A model generated the notes under the pieces. That model made no database searches and was not told the DNA's origin. It saw nothing but the letters and a program-made list of their open reading frames with translations. 64,000 nucleotides of DNA from a virus, in the IMG/VR virus record IMGVR_UViG_3300020183_000012, positions 32,001 through 96,000 of that record; one strand, written 5' to 3'. This document shows, one piece after another, positions 49,205 to 57,540 of this stretch (position 1 is its first letter; every line of letters starts with the position of its first letter). A program made the translations under genes and the position numbers.

Positions 49205-49660
49205 ATGGACGAGCATGAAAACTGCAAATGTGCATACTGTAGTGCGCCTGACAAGGCGGCGGAATGGGAAGCAAAGGCACTCATGGAATATGGGTTCTTT
49301 ATGCACTATGTTACGGACCATGACCCGCAGAGTCCGAGCGGATTCAATTGCCATACTCACGGTCTTGACCTGATCGGAGGATTTGATCTTCAGATCACCC
49401 TTCCACTCAAGCCTGAGATCGCTTCTTCTATTTTCCATGATCTTGCCGCAAGAACGAAAAGTGGTCGCAAGTTCTCCGATGGAGAGATTCTTGACGATGT
49501 TCTGTCAGGCGGATACAAGTGCAGGTTGGTCTTGGCAGAGGAATGTGAACGGCCTGTACTGAGGATCATTCTGCCCGACCCGAAGGGCAGAATTATGCCA
49601 AATGACATGGACAAGGCATACCGAGATGCACAGTATAAGGATATTTCATCCCGGGAATAA
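49205..49660 (+). CDS. DUF4262-like protein
   Basis: HTHGL....DLQI..P...A..IF..L; G..F.DG; LRII.PD..G..P. Confidence 0.6.
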   Translation: MDEHENCKCAYCSAPDKAAEWEAKALMEYGFFMHYVTDHDPQSPSGFNCHTHGLDLIGGFDLQITLPLKPEIASSIFHDLAARTKSGRKFSDGEILDDVLSGGYKCRLVLAEECERPVLRIILPDPKGRIMPNDMDKAYRDAQYKDISSRE

Positions 49661-49672
49661 AATAATAGTGCC

Positions 49673-50347
49673 ATGCACGCAACATATGCATTCCTGATCT
49701 CCGTGCCAAGTTGTTTCTCTCTTAAGGGAAAGGCAGAACACGCAGCAAAAGTCTTTGAAAACGACTATGCATCATCCAGTCACATGGATGAAAACAACTG
49801 GTACGAGATTTGCGGAATCATTTCTGAAGATGGCGAATCTTTCAACTTGCTTGATGGCAAGGAAGATTACAGGGGTCGTGATTCCATCATTTCAAAGTTC
49901 ATCAAGTCTAGTCCCGAGGAGACTTGGAACGGGCTAATTGATTTCAGTCACGAAACTGTCAAAGGTGAACTTATTTGGAAATTAGGTCTTTACAAGAAGG
50001 ATGGGACAGTAGGAAACCCTCCACCAATATGCAAGAAGGATTTGGCTGCTTATTTGGACGCACACATTGTTGAAACGATCCAGTCAAACAAAGTTTGGTG
50101 GATGGATGGTGTGGACATAGAGACAAAATCAAATGGAGATGAAGAGGTAGCCAAAATGCTTCAAGAGGAGGTTTCAAATCACATCCACAGGACAAGACTT
50201 ATAAGAGATTGCATTCTTTCTTCCCGGTTTGGGTTGTTCAGTCGTACAATGGCTACGCCATATGACTACCGCTGCTTCGACCTTCGTGATGCTGCCGAGA
50301 CTGAAGAGACACAAGATGTTGTCCTTTTGGTGGACATTCACACCTAA
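49673..50347 (+). CDS. Hypothetical phage protein
   Basis: MH.. start and terminal LLVDIHT motif. Confidence 0.7.
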   Translation: MHATYAFLISVPSCFSLKGKAEHAAKVFENDYASSSHMDENNWYEICGIISEDGESFNLLDGKEDYRGRDSIISKFIKSSPEETWNGLIDFSHETVKGELIWKLGLYKKDGTVGNPPPICKKDLAAYLDAHIVETIQSNKVWWMDGVDIETKSNGDEEVAKMLQEEVSNHIHRTRLIRDCILSSRFGLFSRTMATPYDYRCFDLRDAAETEETQDVVLLVDIHT

Positions 50348-50380
50348 ATGTCGAAAACAGAAATGACTGATTGAGCAAAA

Positions 50381-50455
50381 GGCTCTGTCGTCTAGTCTGG
50401 CTCAGGACTCAGCCCTTTCAAGGCTGCTACACGGGTTCGAATCCCGTCAGAGTCA
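50381..50455 (+). tRNA. tRNA-Glu(TTC)
   Basis: CAGCC-CTTTCAA-GGCTG. Confidence 0.92.
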
Positions 50456-50466
50456 CTCATAAAAAC

Positions 50467-50539
50467 GCCCTCATAGCTCAGTTGGTAGAGCAACCGGCTT
50501 TTAACCGGTTGGTCGTAGGTTCGAACCCTACTGAGGGCA
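50467..50539 (+). tRNA. tRNA-Lys(TTT)
   Basis: ACCGG-CTTTTAA-CCGGT. Confidence 0.93.
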
Positions 50540-50733
50540 TTTGGAGATGTGTAACACCGATGTCGGAGTCGGTGTTCCGAACAAGCGTCTAAGGGTACTC
50601 AGGCGAAGTACGGCAAGCCTTGAACTTGCACGGCTAACACCGAGTCTTAAATCTCTTGCATTTCCTCAAGTTTTACAAAGGATTTTTTCTTTTCATATAG
50701 AAATGCTTAGTTCTATGTGTTTGAAGGATTGTC

Positions 50734-51030
50734 ATGTCAAGAAAGAACAGATCATACATTTTGGTAGTTCGCTGCACCGTAGACGCGGTGGAATCTGTGC
50801 TTTCTGCGGAAAAAAGGTGTCCTTTTATTAGCAATCAGGTGGATTCCCGATATGCTTCGTCGTGGGGAAGTCAATACGAAATTGTTTATTCATGCAAACT
50901 AAAAAAAGACGCCTTTGCAATCAAGAGATGGTGGCTTGAAAATGGGCAACTGGACAATCCTGAGTTTTCAATAAATCAGTCATGCTCCACATATTCTACA
51001 ACCCGTCAAACGATTCTTTTAGGGTACTGA
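50734..51030 (+). CDS. Hypothetical protein
   Basis: SD AAGGA; 98 aa. Confidence 0.5.
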   Translation: MSRKNRSYILVVRCTVDAVESVLSAEKRCPFISNQVDSRYASSWGSQYEIVYSCKLKKDAFAIKRWWLENGQLDNPEFSINQSCSTYSTTRQTILLGY

Positions 51031-51191
51031 AATACGACTACGAAGTAAGGGACTTCATCAATCGCCCAATTTACTCAGGCGGTCAATGGAAATACATTCA
51101 ACTAAGTCCCGATGACTGCATCGCAAAGTTGATGCAATTCGTCAGAGATGAAACACCGAGCGATGAGTACCGCTCTGACGAACTTATTTGA
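50982..51191 (+). CDS. Hypothetical protein
   Basis: 69-aa ORF. Confidence 0.45.
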   Translation: MLHIFYNPSNDSFRVLKYDYEVRDFINRPIYSGGQWKYIQLSPDDCIAKLMQFVRDETPSDEYRSDELI

Positions 51192-51198
51192 CACAACA

Positions 51199-51243
51199 GG
51201 GTCAGTTTAGGTTGGTTGAGGCTTGTTTAGATAAGGTATGATT
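51199..51243 (+). repeat. Orphan N-G-N-Y-N pentamer tract (9 units)
   Basis: GGGTC AGTTT AGGTT GGTTG AGGCT TGTTT AGATA AGGTA TGATT. Confidence 0.7.
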
Positions 51244-51269
51244 TTTCATCGGGTGAATAAACTAATGGC

Positions 51270-51635
51270 ATGAGTCACCCTTACCATCACGCTCTGTCAA
51301 GTGTCAAGCGTTTCGGAGGCACTTGGAGCGATTACATTGAGATTCACGAATGGTTCGATCAGACGAAGGCTCTTATCCCTGATGTTCGTCATCGGGCAAT
51401 CCTTCATTCGTCTTTCGGAATCTTCCTGTGCCAACAGGTTTTCGGTGAGGTTCTTGTGCGGGATTCTGACGGAAAGCCCGTGCCTGTCCGTACCATTGCG
51501 GAGCAACACATTATTGAGGACATGGGATTTATCCCTACTCCTCAAGATTGGTTTGCGGGTATGCAGCCCGAGAAGTGGATGGCAAGAGGAGCAAAGCCTC
51601 TTTCCGCTGAAACAGAACAAGTTTTGGCTGACTAG
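51270..51635 (+). CDS. DUF6915-like protein
   Basis: HPYHHALSSVKRFGG..DY..IHEWFD..K....D.RHRA..H; R.IAEQHI.ED.GFIP. Confidence 0.75.
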   Translation: MSHPYHHALSSVKRFGGTWSDYIEIHEWFDQTKALIPDVRHRAILHSSFGIFLCQQVFGEVLVRDSDGKPVPVRTIAEQHIIEDMGFIPTPQDWFAGMQPEKWMARGAKPLSAETEQVLAD

Positions 51636-51645
51636 ACAATCTTAA

Positions 51646-51719
51646 GTTCCCGTGGCTCAGTTGGATAGAGCAGCCGCCTTCTAAGCGGCAGGTCGCTGGT
51701 TCGAGTCCAGCCGGGAACG
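51646..51719 (+). tRNA. tRNA-Arg(TCT)
   Basis: GCCGC-CTTCTAA-GCGGC. Confidence 0.93.
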
Positions 51720-51944
51720 CTTCTACGATACCCGGTTCATAGCCGGGTATTTTAACTAATCCGGGGAATCTGCATTATTTTGCTTGCCTATTTGGTCTAT
51801 TGGGCTATAGTTCCACCTCTGAAGAGATGATTCAAGGTGCATAGACTACATAGGTGAAAGTTGCATCCCGAGAATAGACTAATGGGGTAATAGTGCCGCA
51901 CCGAGTGGCACAACAAGTTGAGCATTCGCACAAGGATACAAATA

Positions 51945-52583
51945 ATGCCTGTTGCAAGTCCTATTGATACCGGAACACGCACCTTGACTTTCATCATCAA
52001 GGGAATCGCACCGTTGATGATGCACAACGGTCTGTTGGCTTCGCCCTTCTATTCGTATACCAAGCGTCTGAAGGAGATCACCAAGAAGCGCGGCAAGACC
52101 GAAGAGGATCATATTGAGGTGGCTAAGATTGAGTGGGAAGGCGGTCTTTACATGAGTAGCCGCGATGCGGATACTGGTCTTTGGTCTGAGGACTCGCATC
52201 CCATCATTCCCGCTGAGTGTCTTTACGCGACCCTTCTCGCGGGAGCAAAGGCTTTCAAAGGCGGGATGTCTTTCAAGGCAGGAGTGTTCATTACTCAATC
52301 GGCTCGTCTGCGCTACAAGGGAGACAACAAGATCAAGACTCTTGCTGACCTTCGTGGCAAAGATATTTTCATCGACTCCCGCCTCGTTGATGTAAACGGC
52401 AGCAAGGTGACGCGAACCCGCCCGATCTTCCACGATTGGTCGTGCGAGTTCAATGTTGAGTATGATCCGTCCGTTGTTGATGAAGCAGACCTTATCCGTT
52501 GGGTTCAAACGGGCGGTAGGCTCAAGGGTCTTTGCGAACTGCGTCCAACGATGGGTCGGTTCACCATTGAGTCTTACAAGTGA
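51945..52583 (+). CDS. Stand-alone RAMP/Cas7-like protein
   Basis: 212 aa from MPVASP (SD CAAGGA); beta1 LTFIIKGIAPLMMHN, PIIPAECL, thumb-like IDSRLVDVNGSKVTRTRP, WSCEFNVEY, C-terminal G-rich loop GGRLKGLCELRPTMGRF. Confidence 0.65.
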   Translation: MPVASPIDTGTRTLTFIIKGIAPLMMHNGLLASPFYSYTKRLKEITKKRGKTEEDHIEVAKIEWEGGLYMSSRDADTGLWSEDSHPIIPAECLYATLLAGAKAFKGGMSFKAGVFITQSARLRYKGDNKIKTLADLRGKDIFIDSRLVDVNGSKVTRTRPIFHDWSCEFNVEYDPSVVDEADLIRWVQTGGRLKGLCELRPTMGRFTIESYK

Positions 52584-52589
52584 TGCTCT

Positions 52590-52920
52590 CCTCTCTCCGC
52601 AGAAATGCGTAGAGAGGCTTTCTTATGGTCTGCTTTGGCAGGATACGGTTCGTTGCGCTCAGGAGTGGTCTGCTTCTCGCCTTCTACCGGGGAAACCCGG
52701 TTTGGAGGCTTTCTTTAGGTCGGATGCCCTCAGATTGGGCTAGTTTAGGTAGGGTGTGATGCGATGTGTTCCGCTTCTCGCCTTCTACCGGGGAAACCCG
52801 GTTTGGAGGCTTTCTTTAGTCTTGTTGGGGCATGATACGGTCAGGTTCGGTAAGGTCAGAAGAGGTATGCTTCTCGCCTTCTACCGGGGAAACCCGGTTT
52901 GAAGGCTTTCGTGGGTACGG
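52590..52920 (+). repeat. CRISPR-like array of GAAA-hairpin repeats with pentamer-periodic spacers
   Basis: 42-bp repeat GCTTCTCGCCTTCTACCGGGGAAACCCGGTTTGGAGGCTTTC at 52672, 52773, 52869 (one substitution in copy 3); divergent first hairpin 52590-52617; spacers of 10, 12 and 11 NGNYN units. Confidence 0.9.
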
Positions 52921-52992
52921 CAAAGTTGCATCCGTTGAATAAAGTAGTCTTGCCCAAGTGGGCAATCTCAATCATCTAGGAGCAGAACAACA

Positions 52993-54003
52993 ATGGCACA
53001 TGGAATTAAGAATCGTGATCGCGTCCTCATCGTTGGTGACCGTGGTTGGCACGGGTTGGGTCAGCAGATGGATTCGATCAGCATGACCGATCTCAAGGAG
53101 CAGTTCCCATACTCCTACGAGAAGGTTCCGATGTTCACCGCCGATGGCGTGGAAGTTGAAGGCTTCAAGGCTGTCATCACTACCGATGACAAGCAGAGCA
53201 ACGGTGTCGTGGGTGACACCTACGAGATCATCAACCTTGACGAGATGTTTGGTCTTGCTAACGATCTTGTTGTTGCTCACGGGACGGGTCGTGTTGTCAG
53301 CGCAGGAAGCCTTCACAACCGCGAGGACTTTTTCGTTGATCTCGGCATCGACCGCGAGTTCCGCAGCGGTGAGGATGTCAACAAGCCATTCATCGGTATC
53401 ACCAACAACTTCTGTGGTATGCGCCACTTCGTTGCGGGAGCGCACATGAACAGGATCGTCTGCGCCAATACTCTGAATCTCATGCTCCGCGAAGTCAAGG
53501 GTTCTCCTCGCGCCATCAAGATTCGTCACACTAAGGGTGCATGGAACCGACTCGCTGAGGCGAAGCGCATTCTCGGCATCACCCTTGCCGCGTTCGACAA
53601 GGCTGATGAGGAGATGCACCAAATGATCTCCAAGAAGATGACCGATGCAGAGATCGCTTCGTACTATGATGCCATCATGCCGATGACCAACATCCCGCCT
53701 CGCCGTGCAGACGAGAACGAGGAGCAGTATGAAGCCCGTGTTGAAACCATCGAACGCGCAAACCGCAAGGCTTCCCGTGTCCGTGCAGAGTGGAGCATGA
53801 CGCTTGACAACGAGCGCGGCGTTCTTGGTCAGGAGCCGAACCTTTGGCTTGCGATGAACTCCGTGACCAAGTGGGTTCAGCATGAGAATCAGGTGAAGAA
53901 CGAATCGACCAATCCCCTGATCCGTGGTTGGAGCAACCGTTTTGCAACGGGCTTCAAGATGACAAACGAAGCCCATGACGCAGCATTGTCTGTGCTTGGG
54001 TAA
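52993..54003 (+). CDS. DUF932/DUF945 (TIGR03299-like) phage/plasmid protein
   Basis: WHGLG, SAGSL, RIVCANTL, IKIRHT, LWLAMNSVT.W.QH. Confidence 0.85.
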   Translation: MAHGIKNRDRVLIVGDRGWHGLGQQMDSISMTDLKEQFPYSYEKVPMFTADGVEVEGFKAVITTDDKQSNGVVGDTYEIINLDEMFGLANDLVVAHGTGRVVSAGSLHNREDFFVDLGIDREFRSGEDVNKPFIGITNNFCGMRHFVAGAHMNRIVCANTLNLMLREVKGSPRAIKIRHTKGAWNRLAEAKRILGITLAAFDKADEEMHQMISKKMTDAEIASYYDAIMPMTNIPPRRADENEEQYEARVETIERANRKASRVRAEWSMTLDNERGVLGQEPNLWLAMNSVTKWVQHENQVKNESTNPLIRGWSNRFATGFKMTNEAHDAALSVLG

Positions 54004-54012
54004 ACCGAACTA

Positions 54013-54100
54013 AGGTTAGGTATGGCGAGTCTAGGTATGCCCTGCCATTGTATGGTCTGTCAAGTTCAGTCCCCTTCACCGGAGAAATCCGGTGGAGGGG
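54013..54100 (+). repeat. Orphan array unit: 12 NGNYN pentamers + GAAA hairpin
   Basis: AGGTT AGGTA TGGCG AGTCT AGGTA TGCCC TGCCA TTGTA TGGTC TGTCA AGTTC AGTCC then CCCCTTCACCGGA-GAAA-TCCGGTGGAGGGG. Confidence 0.8.
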
Positions 54101-54122
54101 TTTTGCCGATAAACATAATGAC

Positions 54123-54193
54123 TGCCTTGTGGTGAAACGGTATCACGGGAGACTTTGGATCTCCTTTTCTTGGTTCAAATCCAAGCAGGGCAA
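54123..54193 (+). tRNA. tRNA-Gln(TTG)
   Basis: TGCCTTG/CAGGGCA; GGAGA-CTTTGGA-TCTCC. Confidence 0.9.
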
Positions 54194-54236
54194 ATCTTTC
54201 ATCCTGGAAATAAACTAATCGGACAAGGAGAACCGG

Positions 54237-54452
54237 ATGCAGAACCCCGTTACCATCACCGAAAACTGCCGAATCACCGGAGAGGCTTACTCAGTCACGG
54301 TGGATTCAGGCGACCTTGAGCGTTACAAGAACGGCGAGGGTCTGATTCAGAACATCTTCCACTACCTTAACGCAGGGGATCGTGAGTTCATCAAGACAGG
54401 CATCTCGCCCAAGGGTTGGGAAATCATGTTTGCAAACGAAGAAGAGGACTAA
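54237..54452 (+). CDS. Small conserved phage protein
   Basis: LIQNIF.YL.A.DREFIKTGISP..W motif; repeat promoter + SD. Confidence 0.75.
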   Translation: MQNPVTITENCRITGEAYSVTVDSGDLERYKNGEGLIQNIFHYLNAGDREFIKTGISPKGWEIMFANEEED

Positions 54453-54454
54453 CA

Positions 54455-54712
54455 ATGTCATTTGAACTACGCGCACGGATTATGATTGGAAGAGGGTACA
54501 AGTTTGCCCTCGCTCAGATTTCTGAGGACGGTGTTAATGAGTTCATCCCTGCATTTGCAAACCGTGGTGCTTTTCTTGTTCCCATATGGATCAAGTCTCA
54601 GGATGCCCACAATGTTGTCGCGGTTCTTGGTAGTGAACCAACAGACGATCAGAAGGAAGTGACCATCCCGCGTGGCTACATCCTCAGCATCGCAATGATG
54701 CCAAGTATGTAA
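54455..54712 (+). CDS. Hypothetical protein
   Basis: SD GAGGA before MSFELRAR. Confidence 0.55.
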   Translation: MSFELRARIMIGRGYKFALAQISEDGVNEFIPAFANRGAFLVPIWIKSQDAHNVVAVLGSEPTDDQKEVTIPRGYILSIAMMPSM

Positions 54713-54776
54713 GTGCCATCTCAATAATTGGCAATCTTTCATCGGGCAAATAAACTAATAGGACAAGGAGAACCGG

Positions 54777-54974
54777 ATGCAGAACCCCTTTGACAACGAA
54801 CCTGAGTGTTCCTGTGACGGCTGTGACGGCAAGTTTCCCGAATCATTGATGCGTCCTGCCACCTACCGTTATGTGGACGAATCTTGGGAGACTTTCCACT
54901 TCTGCCCGTCATGCATCGCTAGAGATAGAAAACTGGATGAAGAAGCGCACCTCCGGTCACCGCACCTGTGGTGA
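54777..54974 (+). CDS. Small Zn-finger-like protein
   Basis: CDGC..FCPSC; repeat promoter + SD. Confidence 0.65.
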   Translation: MQNPFDNEPECSCDGCDGKFPESLMRPATYRYVDESWETFHFCPSCIARDRKLDEEAHLRSPHLW

Positions 54975-54999
54975 TCGACAAATGAACTAACTGTGCAAA

Positions 55000-55203
55000 A
55001 TGAGCAAGAAAGACGATTCTTCAAGAAAATCAAAGAGCCTTGGGGAACTGATTGACCGTTGTCCAAGATGCGGTCGTACAATCACTTGGTTCAACGACAT
55101 TCCGCTCAGGGGTTTCTGTTGGGGAACGCCCGATAACGAACACGAAGAGTATTCCGTGATTGTCTGTCAGAAGAAGATCGAAGATTTTTCATCGCGGAAA
55201 TAA
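55000..55203 (+). CDS. Small Cys-containing protein
   Basis: CPRCG; ends within the next repeat motif. Confidence 0.55.
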   Translation: MSKKDDSSRKSKSLGELIDRCPRCGRTITWFNDIPLRGFCWGTPDNEHEEYSVIVCQKKIEDFSSRK

Positions 55204-55226
55204 AGTAGTTGCACAGGAAACAAGCA

Positions 55227-55544
55227 ATGAGCGATGCATTTTCTAAAGAAATAAACTCTCATGTCTCCTCCATGAAGCAGGACATGAAAGATGTGGTTGA
55301 CAAAGAACTTAAGTCTCTTGTCCTCTCCCTTGTTTCCGAGGGAATCGTCAATGCCAATTTTGACGACAAGGGCTATCTGAACGACATTTCGTTTACGGAA
55401 GGAGGCAAGGCTTTCATGGAAGTCTTGGCTTTCAATCTATCGCACCGAATCGAAAAGATTATTGAGAGCGATGGCATCAAGGAAAAGGAAAAGCAGGAAC
55501 TTAAATCAGTCCTGAAGCACATGAAAAACTTGCCGCTCCCGTGA
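55227..55544 (+). CDS. Hypothetical protein
   Basis: Repeat promoter, SD AGGA. Confidence 0.6.
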   Translation: MSDAFSKEINSHVSSMKQDMKDVVDKELKSLVLSLVSEGIVNANFDDKGYLNDISFTEGGKAFMEVLAFNLSHRIEKIIESDGIKEKEKQELKSVLKHMKNLPLP

Positions 55545-55565
55545 TGGAGCCGTATAGTTTGGAAA

Positions 55566-55639
55566 GCCCTCGTAGTTCAGTTGGATAGAGCGACGGTTTC
55601 CTAAACCGTAGGTCACAGGTTCGAACCCTGTCGGGGGCG
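55566..55639 (+). tRNA. tRNA-Arg(CCT)
   Basis: ACGGT-TTCCTAA-ACCGT. Confidence 0.92.
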
Positions 55640-55673
55640 TTTCAAAGTTTCATCACAGGAATAAACTAGAAAT

Positions 55674-55985
55674 ATGAACACGAATTACGAAGATTTCCTC
55701 AGTCTCAGCGAAGTGACCGCTGCCGTTGCGCTTGCAGAAGGCGACAATACAACGGGAATGGAACTCATCCTGCTGAATGACGATGACGGCAATCTGACGG
55801 GAGCAGTTGCAGTCCATACGGACGGTACGCTTGTCGGTCTTGATACTTCCGACATTATGACTGCCGTAGGATATCACAAGAACAAGGATGCTTTCACAAA
55901 TGACGGCGAAGGAGCCGTCACGGTGCGCCTTGAGGACGGATTCGTAACGGGGATTGATGTCGTTTTGAGAACCCACGAGTCTTGA
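55674..55985 (+). CDS. Acidic hypothetical protein (possibly leaderless)
   Basis: ATG 6 nt after TAAACT. Confidence 0.65.
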   Translation: MNTNYEDFLSLSEVTAAVALAEGDNTTGMELILLNDDDGNLTGAVAVHTDGTLVGLDTSDIMTAVGYHKNKDAFTNDGEGAVTVRLEDGFVTGIDVVLRTHES

Positions 55986-56089
55986 GTTCATCTCACGGGT
56001 CGCACTCTCGTTATAAGTGCAAACACTACGACCATCTGTAGCCTAAATGCTCAGGTGGTCATTTTACATCCGGCAAACAGGATAATAGT

Positions 56090-56284
56090 ATGAAGAAGCA
56101 AAGACAGAGCGAAATACGCAGGGCTTTGAGTCCAAACTCAGAATCCATCATGGCTTCATTTTGGTTTCTATGCGGATTCTTTGTGTTACTTTACATTTTC
56201 ATAAAGACACCAATACTAAATGTCATTTCACAGTATGTTCTTCATCCTATCAGGGATGCCCTGATGCCGGGGCCGCCGCCATGA
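56090..56284 (+). CDS. Small membrane protein
   Basis: One TM; degenerate repeat motif upstream. Confidence 0.5.
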   Translation: MKKQRQSEIRRALSPNSESIMASFWFLCGFFVLLYIFIKTPILNVISQYVLHPIRDALMPGPPP

Positions 56285-56340
56285 GAACGAGCACGAAAGT
56301 TTCATCCGTTGAATAAACTAATCGTACAAGGAGAGCATAA

Positions 56341-57051
56341 ATGCCAAACTGGACTGGAAATCTTCTCAAGGTCAAGGGTAAGAAGGCCGACCGCGATCTG
56401 TTTGCATCCGAACTCAAGGCTTTCATCCGCAGCAAGTTCAAGCCTCTAATCAACAAGTGGGCGGAGGAAAACCCAGACGAGTGCCGCAACAAGTACGAGA
56501 AGCGAATCGTTCCGGTGTTCGACTTCAACTTCGTGATCCCAATGCCCGAGGAACTGGAAGGCACTACTTCTCCCCGTCCGATGACGCGAGAGCAAATCAT
56601 TCATTTGGCGAAGGAGAATGAATGGCCGGAGGACACTCTGAAGTGGCGGCTTGAAAACGCTCTTACTGAAGATGATGCAAAGCGTCTTGATGAACTTAAG
56701 AGCCGCTATGGTTTCGATAACTGGTACGAATGGTGCTGTGCCCATTGGGGGACTAAGTGGAATGCCTGTAACTCTGAAGGTAACAGCCCCCAAGAAACAG
56801 CGACCATGACTATCTACAGTTTCGATACCGCTTGGTCACCGCCTGTCCCTGTCATTCACGCACTTGCCGCTGCCTACCCCAAACTGACTTTCCGCCTTGA
56901 CTTTACCCTTGAGGGTGAGTCAGGAAAGTGGAACATTATTGGCGATTCCAAGCAATACGCAGGGTGCATCAAGGCACTTGCGAAACGCCAAGTGGAGTTG
57001 GAACAGACGATCTGTGCAATGTTCCGTGAAGGCACTATCGAAAGCAAATAA
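56341..57051 (+). CDS. DUF1281/YubB ferredoxin-like domain protein
   Basis: MPNW..N.L, FDFN..IPMP, WYEWC..HWGTKWN, FDTAWSPP. Confidence 0.85.
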   Translation: MPNWTGNLLKVKGKKADRDLFASELKAFIRSKFKPLINKWAEENPDECRNKYEKRIVPVFDFNFVIPMPEELEGTTSPRPMTREQIIHLAKENEWPEDTLKWRLENALTEDDAKRLDELKSRYGFDNWYEWCCAHWGTKWNACNSEGNSPQETATMTIYSFDTAWSPPVPVIHALAAAYPKLTFRLDFTLEGESGKWNIIGDSKQYAGCIKALAKRQVELEQTICAMFREGTIESK

Positions 57052-57069
57052 TCTGCCGATAGAGGAGAT

Positions 57070-57516
57070 ATGGCTAACTTTCTCCGTTCCATCTTTGCTG
57101 CGCTAAAGGAGCCATTTCCGGCTGCGATATGCAACTGTATCCTTGATGCCTATGTCCATCCACGCGACATTCCTGTCGTGATCCAATACATGAAGGACTT
57201 TACTTATCAAGATATAAGTCTTTCTTTCGGAAACACGGACAGTCCAGATAGGACTCACATTGAGGTGAAATTCAGGGATTCGGAGTGGACTCCCAACGAG
57301 ATCGTTGATTCTTTCTTTATTTATCAGGACGATCTTCAAAGACTCATCCCCAATGGGGAATTCGTTTTCTCCATCCAAGATCACCATGTTGTTCCGTCAT
57401 TTAGGAACATCATAAGGGAGAAGTACCGCACCTTCTTGTCGCGGTGGACTAGACACCGGATGAAGGTAAGCAAGCGTTGGAGGTCAGGAGATGTCGAAGT
57501 TACATCATGTAAATAA
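57070..57516 (+). CDS. Hypothetical protein
   Basis: SD GAGGAG; ends within the repeat motif. Confidence 0.6.
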   Translation: MANFLRSIFAALKEPFPAAICNCILDAYVHPRDIPVVIQYMKDFTYQDISLSFGNTDSPDRTHIEVKFRDSEWTPNEIVDSFFIYQDDLQRLIPNGEFVFSIQDHHVVPSFRNIIREKYRTFLSRWTRHRMKVSKRWRSGDVEVTSCK

Positions 57517-57540
57517 ACTAATTGGACAAGGAGAACACCC

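Noticed and set aside
50371-50592. 73-aa ORF
   Set aside because: Overlaps tRNA-Glu and tRNA-Lys.
51771-51840. Possible additional pentamer tract plus hairpin before the RAMP-like gene
   Set aside because: Phase is not maintained (G at position 2 in only about half of units); too weak to call.
52453-52743. 96-aa ORF across the RAMP-like gene end and the array
   Set aside because: Overlaps a better-supported CDS and the repeat array; no SD or recognisable motif.
52590-52920. Conventional CRISPR array
   Set aside because: Spacers are 50-60 nt with internal 5-nt periodicity, repeats are 42 bp, and no cas1/cas2/cas6 or effector operon is in the window; reported instead as a distinct CRISPR-like array.
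36146-53976. Long minus-strand ORFs (e.g. 36146-36712, 37966-38772, 51879-52508, 52972-53976)
   Set aside because: Antisense shadows of well-supported plus-strand genes with biased codon usage.
55990-56062. c-di-GMP-like riboswitch (GCAAA..GCCTAAA)
   Set aside because: Only fragmentary similarity; best explained as hairpins or a terminator preceding the next promoter.
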